Notes: generated by a model not told the origin, from the sequence alone. DNA of 64,000 nt from Basidiobolus meristosporus CBS 931.73 (GCA_002104905.1 MCFE01000228.1:1-64000), one strand, 5' to 3'; shown: positions 1 through 12,984, numbered from the stretch's first letter. Translations and numbers: made by a program.

Positions 1-271
1 AAAAAAGGCTATTATTAAGCCGAGGACTCACTGGTCTAAATAATAGGGGCACCCCATCAGTTTCCCAAGAACTTTGTAGCGTCCTCCAATTGAGTGAAGA
101 ACAGGAAGGGGTTGACGTATATAACACGTACATTGGTTTATTTCCATAGTGTCAACAAACATACCAAGTTTCTCACAGCAAAAAGAGTATAAATTTTGGA
201 GCTCCATCACTCAAAAATCCTGTATATACACACATGGAGAATGACAACCATCCAGTGTATTCTATATGCGA

Positions 272-1213
272 TTATTTAGCCTCGTCCACATTGGCGACAA
301 CCTGAACTGGATAATGGTCTGAGAAATCGCGATATTCAACCTTCTTAATAGTGTATGGTTCGGATTTCTCCAAAAGAGCAGTTTGCTTGAAATCTCTCAA
401 TGCCAAGTGATCTCTATGGTACCAGATATGGTCCAAGTACTCGCCAGGACTGTTGGGGTTGCCCCACTTAGCTATAGCGTTGGTTTTAGGGTCGTATGTA
501 TACTCCAGTCCATCATAAGCAGGTGCGACAGCATTTAAAGTTTGTAATGCTTCGGTAAACTCGGTGCTTCCTTTGTTGACATTCAAATCACCACCAAATA
601 GAACCAATTGATCCTTTGGGATCTTTTTCTCATCAAGGAAACGACGTAATTCCAGCAGTTGGCTTGTACGGACTGAGCGGGCCTGCCCCTTGGAACAAAG
701 AGAATCATCTGCTTGAAGATGGGTATTAAACACATGAATGTACTCTCCGTTACGGTTGATCTTTACATAAGCAAAGCCCTTGTTTGAGAAATAGTCTGCT
801 CCACAACCCGAATTGTAAATGTATTGAATTTTCTCATCAATTGGCCACTTGCTGATGGTCATGACACCTCCATCCTCAGCCGCACTTGTTCTGAAATTAC
901 CCAAAGTGGCATTCCATCCGCTTTTAGTAAGTCCGATCACTTCTGTTCGATACGGGTATTGTGCTTTGGTATTTGCTACTAAGATTTGACGGGATGAGGC
1001 CTCAAATGCCTCTTGGATGAACACGAAGTCGTGTCCTTGAAAGTAGTCCGCATTGCCGATAAGTTTTGCGCGAATATCCTGGCCCCAATTTGGATACAAA
1101 AGCTTTGACATCAAGTAGATGTTGTGGCTCAAGGCTTTAATGGAGCTCTGACTTCCGGTGGGATATCCATTGGCTAGTGTAAAGAGGGCTGATAGCAAGA
1201 TGGTGGCCTTCAT
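272..1213 (-). CDS. Secreted sphingomyelinase C (neutral Mg2+-dependent, EEP/DNase I-like fold), bacterial Sph/beta-toxin type; single exon
   Basis: Signal peptide MKATILLSALFTLANG from the ATG at 1213 (the ORF track starts further upstream). Motifs LSHNIY, IQEAFE, EDGGV, CGADYFSNKGF, THLQADD, GGDLNV, EYLDHI and FSDHYPV match the Bacillus/Staphylococcus/Leptospira SMase C family. Confidence 0.9.
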   Translation of the reverse strand: MKATILLSALFTLANGYPTGSQSSIKALSHNIYLMSKLLYPNWGQDIRAKLIGNADYFQGHDFVFIQEAFEASSRQILVANTKAQYPYRTEVIGLTKSGWNATLGNFRTSAAEDGGVMTISKWPIDEKIQYIYNSGCGADYFSNKGFAYVKINRNGEYIHVFNTHLQADDSLCSKGQARSVRTSQLLELRRFLDEKKIPKDQLVLFGGDLNVNKGSTEFTEALQTLNAVAPAYDGLEYTYDPKTNAIAKWGNPNSPGEYLDHIWYHRDHLALRDFKQTALLEKSEPYTIKKVEYRDFSDHYPVQVVANVDEAK

Positions 1214-2725
1214 AACGTGTGGAGGAAATTTGGATTTGATAACTGTGATGACCAGGTTTCTGGGACTGTGCAAATTAGTGAGAATCAGCCTCACTTTATA
1301 GTTTATGCTGAGGAATCTCGTGAGTGTTCTTAAACCAATCGCCTCGACATGTTGCGAGTAGACAAGGATAAATGGATTTTTCTAGTAACACAATATTCAT
1401 CACAGGTCCTACTCTTGTAGAACACTTGGTTGCAGGTATTGTGATAAGGAGGTGGAGTGTGTGGAATGCAGATGGGCTTTGAAACCTCATCGAATTTAGA
1501 TGATTAAATGTTACATGACAATAAGCCTTACGAATAAGTGAGAAGGGATGTAGCATGCAACTCTGGTAATGGAGAAGGCGAAGCGTACGGATAGTGCCGA
1601 GCCATCAAAAGCCTATTTACCAATTGCAGGTGTACAGGTGAATATTATAGATCTAATGTTTTACCATGAACTCCGCTATTCCACAACCAACACATGATAT
1701 TCCCAAGGTCTATTTTGCATTGTGAATACTAGTCATTGGAGTTGGTCGTTATACATTAATAAAAGGGAAAGGCAAGGCTTAATAACGATCACTATTCTGC
1801 GGTGTGGAACCATTGCACTCATGAAATGGACATTATCATGGAAAACCCGGTTTGCTTACAAGAATGATCTTCATAAGCAGCCTCCTTAACATAGGGTGGA
1901 TTACGTGATGAACATTGTTCGGGCAATTTGCCGCCTAATCCGTCAAGGCAAACTTCATCTATTTGAGAAGTTTACCAGTTACAAACGAAGCCTTGGTAAA
2001 GCTATGCAGATTCCACAGAGCACTTGGGGCCAAATAAAGCGCCTTCGCCCTTTCGAAATATCAAAACGGCCTCGAATGTTTTCTTTTGACTAGGCTTGCA
2101 TATTCCTAAATAAGAGAAAATTGCTCCCACATCCATTTACTAAGGAGTAGCTCATTGCTAGACAAAGTAAACATTTACGCACTCGTGCCCACTGTGTATC
2201 CGTCTGTACCATTTTAGAGTGACCAAAGCCCCAAACTTGTGATATACTTTTATGCAACCTTGTATTGTGAAGAACAGACACACTTACATCCTCAACCGTG
2301 GAATATGATACGTAAACCTGTGTTAAGCTGACAAGAAAATTTCCGGATTAGATCATTCTAGTAATCTTAATGCTGGGAACAATCCATATTGTGTATTTAA
2401 AGCAACTAGACGGAACATGATCCAAGTATGGTTAAAAAGTGATTCTACTGTTGACTATGTCAAGAAAATTGTACAGGTTAAAGATGCATGTGCTATTTGA
2501 TACCATTTATAATATCGTAGAGGTTCTATCACAATTCGATATCGGGAAGTCCATTTTTATACAGAAATTAGATTAGTTAAAGTTGTGTATCGATTAACTG
2601 CTGCTATGTTGTATACACACAAACACACACACATATATATATGTTCTTCATTATTGAGTGTGCTTGATACCCGCAAGAAAGGAATTGTAAATTCTCCGGC
2701 TATAAAGTAGTGGGCGTTTCGAACC

Positions 2726-3949
2726 TCAAATATACGCCATTACATGTAGTCGTCCAGTGCTTTCCGACGGCTGCGAAACTTGGGGTGTTTCGGTTAGCGG
2801 GCTGAACGAGTTGCGATGATCTGCCCAGCGGACATGCGTTTCCCTAACATCATCAATACTTTGTAGCTTCACTGAAGAGGTTTCTGTCAGAGAGTTCTTT
2901 GTATCCAGGACATTCATTTGTATGTTGTATGATTTCCTCCAATCATGAGAATCTTCGGGGATGTCTATAGGGTACTGCGCATCATGGTCACATAGCTTGG
3001 GTTTGATAGAGTTTTCATTTTCATGATAGCTCACGGAGTTGGTGGTGCTAGATGTGTTTCCTTTGAATAATTGGCGGACTGCAGGATCAAACAGAAACAC
3101 AATAGCATTTAACAACCCTACTGTAGCAGGCCCCACCGCTGATAGGAAGTAAAGTGTGAAATTGAGTCTACGGTTCACAAACGTGTCGAATTCACAAAGG
3201 CAGTTGAAAGTTTGCGTAAGAACAGGAACCAATGGGTATAAGACGATTCTACGCATGGCACGATAGGTTCGTCGGTTTACAATGTGTGAGGTGCCGTTTG
3301 TGCTTTTCATTAGGTATTTTTCGTGTCGGATGAGCTTGTATATCACAAATGATACCGCAAATATGCAATACAGCACTGCCAGGAAAATCCACAGGAATAA
3401 GGTACAGATCTCCCACACTATTGTATGTATGGTGTATGTAGCACTGTACCAACACGCTCCGACAACCGGATCCACTTCGAATTGACCGGCAATTACTGGG
3501 ATGAGGCTGATGATGAGTGATAAACCAATGGAGAATGGGACATAGAAACGTTGATACTTCACGACATTTGCTATGTCGTGGACAAAGATTGCCATCAAAT
3601 TGAATCCAATTGTGGCAGTCAAGAAGATCGGCAGCAGGGTAAATTCCACGTATCCCCATAACAAGAAAGCGCATGTTGCAGTTGATGTGATCTGTTTTTG
3701 GAGGACATACGCAAATATACTATATGTCACATCGGCTAATGCAATCCAAAATGTCAACCTGAGCGATAATCGGGTTCCTAGAGCAGGCCGATAGAAATTT
3801 ATAAAAAGTATCGAGCACACAACAAATAGTGCACCTATCAACGAGATCAAGCTAAATATTGAGGTCACCGTTACTTTGAGCGCCATCTGCTCAGGGGTGG
3901 CCTGAAACTGAATCTCTGCTAGAGCTGTATCTAATTGAGTCTGATTCAT
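2726..3949 (-). CDS. 7-TM G-protein-coupled receptor, cAMP-receptor-like/Git3-like family; single exon
   Basis: 407 aa with seven hydrophobic segments, IALAD in TM2, a Cys before TM3, ECL2 GACWY, RRIVLYPLVP at TM6, GLLNAIVFLFDP at TM7 and a long polar C-tail. Confidence 0.8.
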   Translation of the reverse strand: MNQTQLDTALAEIQFQATPEQMALKVTVTSIFSLISLIGALFVVCSILFINFYRPALGTRLSLRLTFWIALADVTYSIFAYVLQKQITSTATCAFLLWGYVEFTLLPIFLTATIGFNLMAIFVHDIANVVKYQRFYVPFSIGLSLIISLIPVIAGQFEVDPVVGACWYSATYTIHTIVWEICTLFLWIFLAVLYCIFAVSFVIYKLIRHEKYLMKSTNGTSHIVNRRTYRAMRRIVLYPLVPVLTQTFNCLCEFDTFVNRRLNFTLYFLSAVGPATVGLLNAIVFLFDPAVRQLFKGNTSSTTNSVSYHENENSIKPKLCDHDAQYPIDIPEDSHDWRKSYNIQMNVLDTKNSLTETSSVKLQSIDDVRETHVRWADHRNSFSPLTETPQVSQPSESTGRLHVMAYI

Positions 3950-5558
3950 GGACGAGGGTGGTGTTAAAACAAAGGAGGAACCGGTATGTTCATGTAGCCC
4001 AGAAATTGGTTGGGTTTATATAGGATCTCTCCAAAGGCCAAATGACATTCCAATCTGAAGCTAGTCAGCCATGCTTTCTTAGTCACAATCTAGGAATTGT
4101 AGAAATCTCATCTATACAACTCGAAAATAACGAGCACCTATTGGGCAACTACGTGATCATATGTGACGAATTTTAGGGTTGTGCATTGGGGTCTCTTTTT
4201 GGGGGACATAATTGGGTAGGACGATTGCTTTCCAACGGTTTGAATTTCATTGTGAAACGTAGTATCCTGACTTCGCCAATGTACACGACAGCTCATTCAC
4301 GCCAATTTTGGACAAGATGATAGATAGTCTTGCGGAGGGTGAGAACATTCGTGGCAATCTGTGCCATGCTTGGAAAATTATTTTTAATGTTCGGGCGGCA
4401 CTCGGCGATTGGCCCGAGCTCACCCAAGTCCAACCATATGCTACGAAGAGGATACACGCCTATCGAAGACCAGTGTTGCATAGATTCTGTGCACAGAGTA
4501 TGTAGATAGCACTAGAAACTGGAGCAGCACCATGAAGAACCAGGGGCCCTTCAGCCTAACAGTATTGGCTCGTACTCACCTTGCTTGCTGTAGGGGCAGA
4601 GAGATGCTCACTAGTCATGGGCTTGCCTCCATGAGGTTTGAGGTGAAAGCAAGCTCCCAAAGTAGCTACTAAGATGGATCAGGTGGATCATTCGTGCGCC
4701 CTCAGTATGGATTAAATTAGGTTGAGTACTAGATTTAACAATTTGGATTGGCAGATCCGACGATAAATTCTCCGAATGCAGGAAAAACTGGGCTAATGTT
4801 ACATATTCTTACTGCTTTGGTTAAACCAAGAAAATATAACTTTTTCTAGTCCCGATCTACCGAAGGTAGCTATCATGTGGCATGAGATGCACCGCGAGAT
4901 CCTGTCTTTTTATCGCAGTCCACCCAGTCACCCAAAATAGAGCCAATCACAGTCCTAAAAAACAACAGGCCTTGTGATTTTCAAGTTCTTGGAAACAGCC
5001 CACAAGCCAATGCTTAATCATAATCGAGCATGATTGGCGCTTGTCCAGAAATCAGAATACAGATCCGATACACTGGATTCAAGATACCTCATTCCATTGC
5101 AACGGGCTGGAGTCATAGCCATATGACGCATATAGGAAACCCATGGAAAGGTTCTACTGCAAGATTGACGTATTTGCCAGGGTTTCTAAACTACCAATCG
5201 GTATACCTCAAAGGTTACGCAGTGGAATTTCCTAAGGTCCAACCGCTCACGCTTATATATATTTGTATAGAGCTTTAATCAAAATTATGGAATCCCATGT
5301 TGCTCAAGTACATACATAGTATGTACACTATTCAAAGCCTAGGATAAATAGGTTAATTTAAACAACTTAGCTTGGGTGGCAAAATCCTGTATAGTATCAG
5401 GCCTAATAGCCAACTGGAGAACTGGCCGTGGTAATATTAGTGTATAGGGTTTGGTAATGGGGCTACGGTTAACATGCCATTCGTAGATTCTGGCAAAGCT
5501 GGACTTCCACAGACTCACAAAGAGAGATAGCTTCCCATCCTGTCTCTATGCTGGATTC

Positions 5559-6386
5559 TCAACGAGTAATGGCGCTGAATCCAAACATCTTGGGGTCCAC
5601 GATGATGAAAGCCAAAGCCAATGCCATGGAAAAAATCATCAGTATTATACAAGTAACACGGTTACGCCGGCGCCAGAGGTAATCCTCTCCTGTGATATTC
5701 AGTTGTGGTGGGAGATAAAACGACCCAACAACCCAAGCCGGAAAAAACAGGAAACCAACATAGAACAGCAACTTGGCAGTCGGTCGGTGCGTTGGATAGG
5801 TATCGATCTTAATATTTTTGGGGGTTTGTTTTAGCTGGGCTGGCTTTAGATCATCGAAAAATGTGTCTAGGTCTACTGAGGAGGTGAACGAGTCGAATTT
5901 GATAGCATAGAGGGCTCTATACGGATCAAACCCTTCCTTCAGATTATCATCCCGACTGCAAAGCGTTTTCTCATCAAATTTCCCAATTCTTTTTAGACTT
6001 GGAAAACTTGATCGGAATAGCCCTTTGAGATTTGCACCTGCCTTCGATAATGAATAAGTATAGCTCGAGCTCGTCATGTTGCTGTCGAATGATGACTTTG
6101 TTGCTGATAAAGAGCTATCATACAGCCCGGCGTCTGCTTCAAAGCCCATCTTGATGGACCCTATTGAGTGTCTGTATCCTCTTTGGTCCGAGTCACATGG
6201 TTCTTGGATGGTAAAGGTTTCAGAGTCTGAGGTTTCACCTATTTGAATCTCCTCTATGTCAGCATCACTCTGTGAATATGATGTTTGTGATTCAGTGGGC
6301 TTGGATAGAAAGCTCTTTTCCTGAGCATGAGACGTAGTGGAAAATCCAGAGTCTACTGATTTCTGGGGATTAAGAACGTAAACCAT
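5559..6386 (-). CDS. Hypothetical fungal membrane protein: Ser-rich N-terminus, two C-terminal hydrophobic segments
   Basis: 275 aa ATG-started ORF. The C-terminal LLFYVGFLFFPAWVVGSFYLP...WRRRNRVTCIILMIFSMALALAFII pattern resembles an uncharacterised fungal family. Confidence 0.7.
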   Translation of the reverse strand: MVYVLNPQKSVDSGFSTTSHAQEKSFLSKPTESQTSYSQSDADIEEIQIGETSDSETFTIQEPCDSDQRGYRHSIGSIKMGFEADAGLYDSSLSATKSSFDSNMTSSSYTYSLSKAGANLKGLFRSSFPSLKRIGKFDEKTLCSRDDNLKEGFDPYRALYAIKFDSFTSSVDLDTFFDDLKPAQLKQTPKNIKIDTYPTHRPTAKLLFYVGFLFFPAWVVGSFYLPPQLNITGEDYLWRRRNRVTCIILMIFSMALALAFIIVDPKMFGFSAITR

Positions 6387-8033
6387 TTTTCTGAATCACC
6401 AAGTATGTTTGTGGTGAACCGATTTGGCCAATTTGAATCCGGTTCTATTTCGGTTTAAGTTCCACTGAGAATGGAGTATTAGGGTTAGGGTGAGAGAAGG
6501 AAGTGACACGAGCCAACATAGGTTAGTGTAAAGAAAGCCATTACCAGATGCGTCAAGAGCGATAAATCGTGTGAAGATATCGGCGAAATCACTACTACTT
6601 TTTGGCAATCACTTGATGTAACTTGATGCTAGTAGATTATAATCAAGACAAGACGATGAGAAAGGGTGGGGTGGAATATTCCTGACACTATGCCGCTTGT
6701 ATTTAAGAATCAACGTTAGAAGTCCAGTGCTAAAGCTCTCTAGTAAAGGAAGGCAAATTTCTGACCTGGAAACGACCACTTAAAGGAATGGAATTGCTTG
6801 AGAGAGGAGTGTTCACTAACAAGAGATACCCAGCGGGTAGACTGTTTTATATTAGCGGCACCGTGCATGTAGGAATCCAATGTTGTTAATGGAGTAATTG
6901 ATTGAACCTCGGAATTTGTTTAATGCTAATGCGATATGGAGCGCTCCTGTGTTATTGGATTGTTTTTACTCTACATCGCAGCCAATATCAATACCTTAGT
7001 GATTATCTGTTTGATTTTTGTTGAAATTCTTAATTCGGTAGTATCTTGCCGTTTCATAAAACATAGCAATCTTGTAGAGATACCCCTAAGTATCACGGAT
7101 TCTAATCGTTTACAGATGAAGTCACCACATTGGCAAATGTTGTCTACATTTGCTGCATGGTTGGCGAAGTTAGACTCCAAGCGTCTGTTGAAATCTGAAC
7201 CTTCCCCGACCTTGATCCATCGCTCCAGTTGGATATATGTATGCTATGGAAACCTACCAGATCCATGTTGATTGAGATCTCCAAGGCGTAAGCACGTTTA
7301 TTGGGACAGTTTCAACGGTGAACAATCCGTAATCTGGCTCAAACAAAGTTTCCAACCTCACCTGAAAACTATTCGAAGTTTGTTTTCCGCGGAAATCATC
7401 TGATCGATTTAGCCCACCTTCGTTATCAACCTTGAGCGTTATCAAGTAAATTACAATCTAATATTGTTGCCAGGGTTCATGCTTTGACTATGATAATGGG
7501 TATATACTCTAAGTCAAGACGCGTAATTTAGAGCCTACCTACACATTACCTTGCTTTATACTAATAATCACTTCGCGTTTGCAATCATTATCTGAATATA
7601 GAATTCAGCTGAGCACGATGAAATCATGGCAAAGCTGAGGAATCACGTGAGCGTACCTTGGCTCAAACAAGCATGTAAACACCGCTATTGAACGATAACT
7701 AGCGAACAATTTGTCTTCACAACTTCTCTTTCCCAGTATATATACATAAGTTACCAGATAGATGGTATATCCGACAACCTCACATATTACCTGACACAAC
7801 ATTTGTTTTAGAACATCTTCGTAGGCAATATCCTGCTTGCCTATTTCTAATTGGACTTGTTGGACCTGGAGCACTTGATGAAAAGACGAACTTGAACGAT
7901 GAATCGTTTATTCGGTTATATTTAGTAAACTGAAATAACAGCTTGTTACTCAAGCCATTGCTAGGAATTGACAAGTCTACGGGTCGTATTATCCAATAAT
8001 CAATCAGTACCTTTACTCCAGTACTCGAATCAA

Positions 8034-9032
8034 CTAACTCTTGAGAGCTTGGCGCTGAGCCACCCAGCTTTTGACTTTGTCTCCACCAAATACAAGGCAG
8101 ACTGTTTGCCAAATCCCCAGTCCTATACGAGGAGTGACCCCGCGGTAGAATCCTTTTAATCCGTGGGATTGATATATATATTTAGCGGCTGAGGAAATCG
8201 TCAGTTTTTGAGGGCGGCCTTCGCTTTTGATCTGTGACTGCATTTCTACTCGAATGACTTCAATGGGTTGATTCCAGCAGGAAAGCGCACCAGCTACTGC
8301 AGAGGCGCCTATTTTTTCTATATTGCTCAGTGGAGCCATACTGTCGGTGTTTTTGCGGAATTTGAAAATCAGGCCTTCAGCAATACGGGACAACCCAAGC
8401 CGACTTCCCCAATTGGTGCACTGGCGCAAAGCCACTGCATTGACACCCTTGTTGATGCCTCGAATACCCTCCTTACGGATGACATCTCCAGCAACTTTCC
8501 AGGTAGATTGTGATGGACCGGCTTCCTTTTGTCGTGTAATCTCAACTGTCTTCATGAAAGTACAAAAACCCATCGTGAAGTATGCTTGAGCCAGTCCACC
8601 GGCCATACCTCCAGCAATTCCGGCACTACCAGGTGAAAATCCCCAGGATTTCATGTAGTATTCAACCTCTGATGCAGTAAATAGAAGGGCTGCACCCTTG
8701 GTACTGGCTTCTATCCATGCCCAGGGTATTAAGCCCTGATAAAATCCCGTAAACCCGCCCCTTTGCCAGGTTTTCTTAACAGCAGTCATAAGACTGTCAT
8801 TCCGGTTAGCAGCAAGATGGGTTTTCAACACCTCAAATGGCTGGCTGAGAGTAGTCACCTCAAACAAGGTTACGCCAGCACCTATACTACAGGTATGGTG
8901 TCAGTATTGAAAATATGTTCAAATGGGATTCCGAGAGACAACTCACGCTAGGTTGGACCAAGACACCGATCTTTTGGTTACTGGTACGACTGTAACGGTA
9001 GTTGGAGTTAACGAGACTGAAGGAGTTGTCAT
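8034..9032 (-). CDS. YHM2: Mitochondrial citrate/2-oxoglutarate carrier (Yhm2 ortholog); 2 exons, intron 8887-8946
   Basis: The spliced product MTTPSV...WSNLA|IGAGVTLFEVTTLSQPFEV...GLIPWAWIEASTKGA...KGVNAVALRQCTNWGSR...WNQPIEVIRVEMQS...GVTPRIGLGIWQT closely matches yeast Yhm2. GTGAGT donor, CTGAC branch site, TAG acceptor. Confidence 0.93.
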
Positions 9033-10315
9033 TGTAGGAGGTAATATGGACAGCGGTTTTGTCTTGTGTTCGACCACCTTGCAAGAGGATGGAGAATCAA
9101 ATAATATAGGTTAAGGAAAGCCTGTTAAATTCACACTGAAGGATCAAAGGGGCTTATTAGCATTTCAAGAGTTCAGGGGAGAGTGATTTAGTTCTCAGAC
9201 TTTAATTGTTCTAGATTTTTGAAACTATCGAAAAGCCCTCAACGCCATTGAAACAAACAGGTAATCCACGAGTAGTTTTGCTCAACAATACCGTGTAAAT
9301 CACAAGCCAATATTATGTCAACACTTCCTTTACCCAGGGACAAGCTTCGATTTCCTATTTAGTGGCAAAGTAGATATGCGTCTATTTAAATACAGTGTAT
9401 GTCCAGACCTTGCGTCAAATTAGAAGCCATCCTGCCACCTTTGTTGGATGTTTAGTCACATGTGAAAGCCCTCCGAGCTGATGCTAATCAGCCTTCAGCA
9501 TTACCAATGAATCCCATGAATAATTGGATTTGCTGAATGACCCGGCTACAACCCCTCTCACAAAAGGGATTTTGCTCTGAATGAATATATTTCTTGGTGA
9601 TACATTGGCTATATAGTGCGCTCAAGGACATTGAGGTAATTGCCTTGGGAGTTATGAAAAGTTGTGTACAGCGATTTGTTAATTGTATAGTTCTCACGCT
9701 TGAATGTTGGTACACTGCACCAATTGAATCTAGGGTGCTGACAAATTTTTGGCAGTACCAGTAGGTGGGTATGCCAATGCTTGTTAACCATCGGTCTGAT
9801 TACACAAATGTTTAATCAGTGTATTTAACTGGAGCTCAGTTTTAAACAACAACATACTTGCTTAAGTTTACATCATCACAATTATGCTTCGTACCAATAT
9901 AGACTCTCAGCCATGTGCTAAGCATGAAACACAGCATTGATTAAACCCCATTTACAGGGCAGAATGTGGCAGCCCTTGAGATCTCAAAATGTACAGAATG
10001 AAAAAAAATGGCTTAAGGCGAATTATAGAAAATAAGCATGCTCTCTAGATGAGAAAAAATTTTCAACTCAAGAAATGATGGATTTTGGGGGAGATATCCA
10101 AGCAAGGATGGTCAAATTTTTAGTTAACAATTGATATATCCACTTTAAATCTCAAATTTTGGGGAATCCCCTCTACCCCACACGTGATGAATACCCCAGT
10201 GGTGAGGTTCCCAAATAGTTGGGCACTTGGATTTCGTCTAATTAACACTGCTGGCTCAACACATTGCCTTTGTCACCTGAACCCTTTGGTTAGTCTTCTG
10301 CACTCTTCTTCGAAA

Positions 10316-11426
10316 ATGCTCACTGCCACTCGTATCGTCCCCACCGCCACTCGTGGTGCTCTTAGGTAATATTCATACACCAACGGTGCCTCCGGGGTTT
10401 ACACCCACTGGAAAGCATGCGTATGCGAAATGCCGTATAACAAGTCCAGGTCGAAAGTATTGTAAACTAACTTTGTTGTCAATCATAGCATTCAAACTAG
10501 AAACATGGCTACCCTTAAAGAAAGTAGGTGTCTGTGACTACAACTGTATGTACCAAAATGATACTAATTCTTTCCCAAAGTTCAACTTCGTCTTAAGGCT
10601 ATTTCCAACACCGCCAAGATTACCAAATCTATGAAGATGATTGCCTCCACCAAACTTAACCGTGCTCAGAAAAACATGAACAACGCCCGTGCTTACGGAC
10701 AAACCTCCATTGGTAAACACACTTCTTTAAATATATTTACATGACATTTTTTTTACTTACTTTTATCCAGATATTTACAAGCAATCCGAGGTTGAATCCC
10801 CCGCCGATGCTCGTCAAGTCATCGTTACTGTTTCTTCTGACCGTGGTCTCTGTGGTGGTATTCACAGCAGTGTTTCTAAGGCTACCAAGAGAATCATCGC
10901 CCAACAACCTGAGTCCACTGTTGTTGTTTTGGGTGATAAGGCCAAGCCTCAAATTGCTCGTACTAACAGAGATAGCATTGCTATGTCTTTCAATCAACTT
11001 GGTAAATCCAACCCCACTTTCACCGAGGCCTGTGCTATCGTTGATACCATGCGCGCCTCCGAAGTTGATTTCGACACTGCCCAAATCATCTACAACAAGT
11101 TCACTTCCGCCATTGCTTATGAGGCTGACTCTATCCCCGTTTACTCCGAGGAGGTGATCAAGACTGGTGCTAAATTCGCCGAGTACGAATTGGAAGAAGA
11201 CGAGGTCCTCCAGAACTTGAAGGAATTCACCTTCGCCAATGCCCTTTACTGGGGTCTTGCTGAAGGTCATGCCTCTGAAATGTCCGCCAAGATGACTGCT
11301 ATGGAGAACGCTACCAGAAACGCCAGCGAGGTCATCGACAAGCTTACCTTGGCTTATAACCGTGGTCGTCAAGCCGTTATTACCAACGAACTTATTGATA
11401 TCGTTACTGGCGCCTCTGCCCTCTAA
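10316..11426 (+). CDS. ATP3: Mitochondrial F1-ATP synthase gamma subunit; 4 exons (10316-10375, 10489-10523, 10581-10712, 10771-11426)
   Basis: Presequence MLTATRIVPTATR, then MATLKEIQLRLKAISNTAKITKSMKMIASTKL, SSDRGLCGGIH and SAKMTAMENATRNASEVIDKLTLAYNRGRQAVITNELIDIVTGASAL. Canonical splice sites restore the frame. Confidence 0.96.
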
Positions 11427-12693
11427 GTCTAACGGTTATCAGTATTTTCATTAAAATATCTCACATTCATTTCTATAAATTGCTCGTCATGTTCTACCAC
11501 TTTTCACGGTAGTATCGCATCACAGTGTAGAGCATGTAGCATTTTCTAAAATGTAGCATCCATGCATACTCAACTCTTCTTACTTAATAAAGTATGAATT
11601 TTAAGCAGTAGACCCTGTCAGTCGAATTTTTTCGTGTCGTGTAGGATCTTTCAACTGCCTGGATCTCACCATGAGGTTAAACCAGGAACCCCAAATGATT
11701 GATTAGCAAACTGGTTAAGTGATTGTGCGCGCGTTTCTTATGCCAACTCGGCTATGGTGGAGCCAATAGGCGAAAGCCAAGGGTGCGATTTTTCTGGAGC
11801 AAAAGCGACTACACGTCAAATCCCACATTGACATAATAGAACATACGTATACCAGGAAGAGAGCATCTGATTAATATCCGCGACAACGTACACCTCAATG
11901 GCCGCTGTACTCGGCCCAGGAAAGTTCCGGCTGCTCCTGTAAGAACACATTTCAACAGAATTAGTCATTCTCAGGGTATAGAAACTCCATTTAGAGGTAC
12001 TATAAAATAAGCATCGGCTATAATTGATGAACATTTATTTAAGCAGGGTTGGCCATTATGTCATTTCCGATACAAGTTGGCGCAGTTAACCTTATCATTT
12101 CATGCCACAAATGACTCAAATAGCGCTCCATAGGCTCGAATAGCAAATGGCATAATTTAGTATGGCACGGGGTGATCAGTTGATTCGAGGATACACACCA
12201 CAAGGCTAAAAGCTAAGGTGCGTGATCGCCCTGCAAACGATCTGGCAAATCATGTGTGATTCTTGTGCTCGCACTGTTGGCTGTTTTCTATTGAGAAACT
12301 TCGCTGGGATCGCGGGAGCATCCGCCAAATTTACAATAAGCCACCACTTGGCCAATTTTTCCTGAGGAAGACCAGTACTTCGTGTAAAGAACTGCGACGG
12401 ATGACTTGACTGTTGACCAATTTCCATCATGATCAGTGGGGAGAGGGGTTTATTAATTTAATTGAGGATAACAGTTTAAATGTATCGTAGAGATTGAACA
12501 AGCTGATTTACAAAATTCGATGGCGGTGGGCAAGATATACAGATATGATGAAGTCCCACTGAGCGGGAGGTAACCATTGTATGAGGATGTTAAGTAGCTT
12601 CAAAGTACATAAATGATGTTGGAAGGAGTGCATGTAATAGCCAGGCTATGGGAGGGTAAACCAACCCGCGGCTGAAGAGGGGGGGTCTTGCGT

Positions 12694-12984
12694 TTATCTG
12701 TATGCCGAGCTTCCTAGGCTGAAACTGGGAGGAGAGATTTTGTTGCACTGTCCTCTGTGGCTGAAGTGTATTGGCGAGAGTGGTGGCGATGGTAGGTAGG
12801 CTTTGAATGAAGGGCTCCGAATACTAGACGTGCTGAATATACTCGAGTGGCGACGCTGGTAAGTGAGGCTGGATTTGACAGCTTCGTGAGAAGCAGTATC
12901 TTGAAGACGGCACATCTCGCTACAATAGAGGTCGTTGTCGTAGGGGACGTGCTTGTCACAGATAGTACACCAATTAGTATCCAT
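12694..12984 (-). CDS. Ecl1/2/3-family (extender of chronological lifespan) small zinc-binding protein, paralog 1
   Basis: N-terminal MDTNWCTICDK...LYCSEMCRLQD four-Cys motif followed by a Ser/Pro-rich tail. Confidence 0.8.
   Translation of the reverse strand: MDTNWCTICDKHVPYDNDLYCSEMCRLQDTASHEAVKSSLTYQRRHSSIFSTSSIRSPSFKAYLPSPPLSPIHFSHRGQCNKISPPSFSLGSSAYR

Noticed and set aside
6900-7900. Short ORFs between the membrane-protein gene and YHM2
   Set aside because: They could not be joined into a coherent spliced gene and no family motif was recognised.
9033-10315. Divergent YHM2/ATP3 pair with about six CCAAT boxes as a shared respiratory promoter
   Set aside because: Only modestly above the chance expectation for a 5-mer in 1.3 kb, and not supportable without expression or conservation data.
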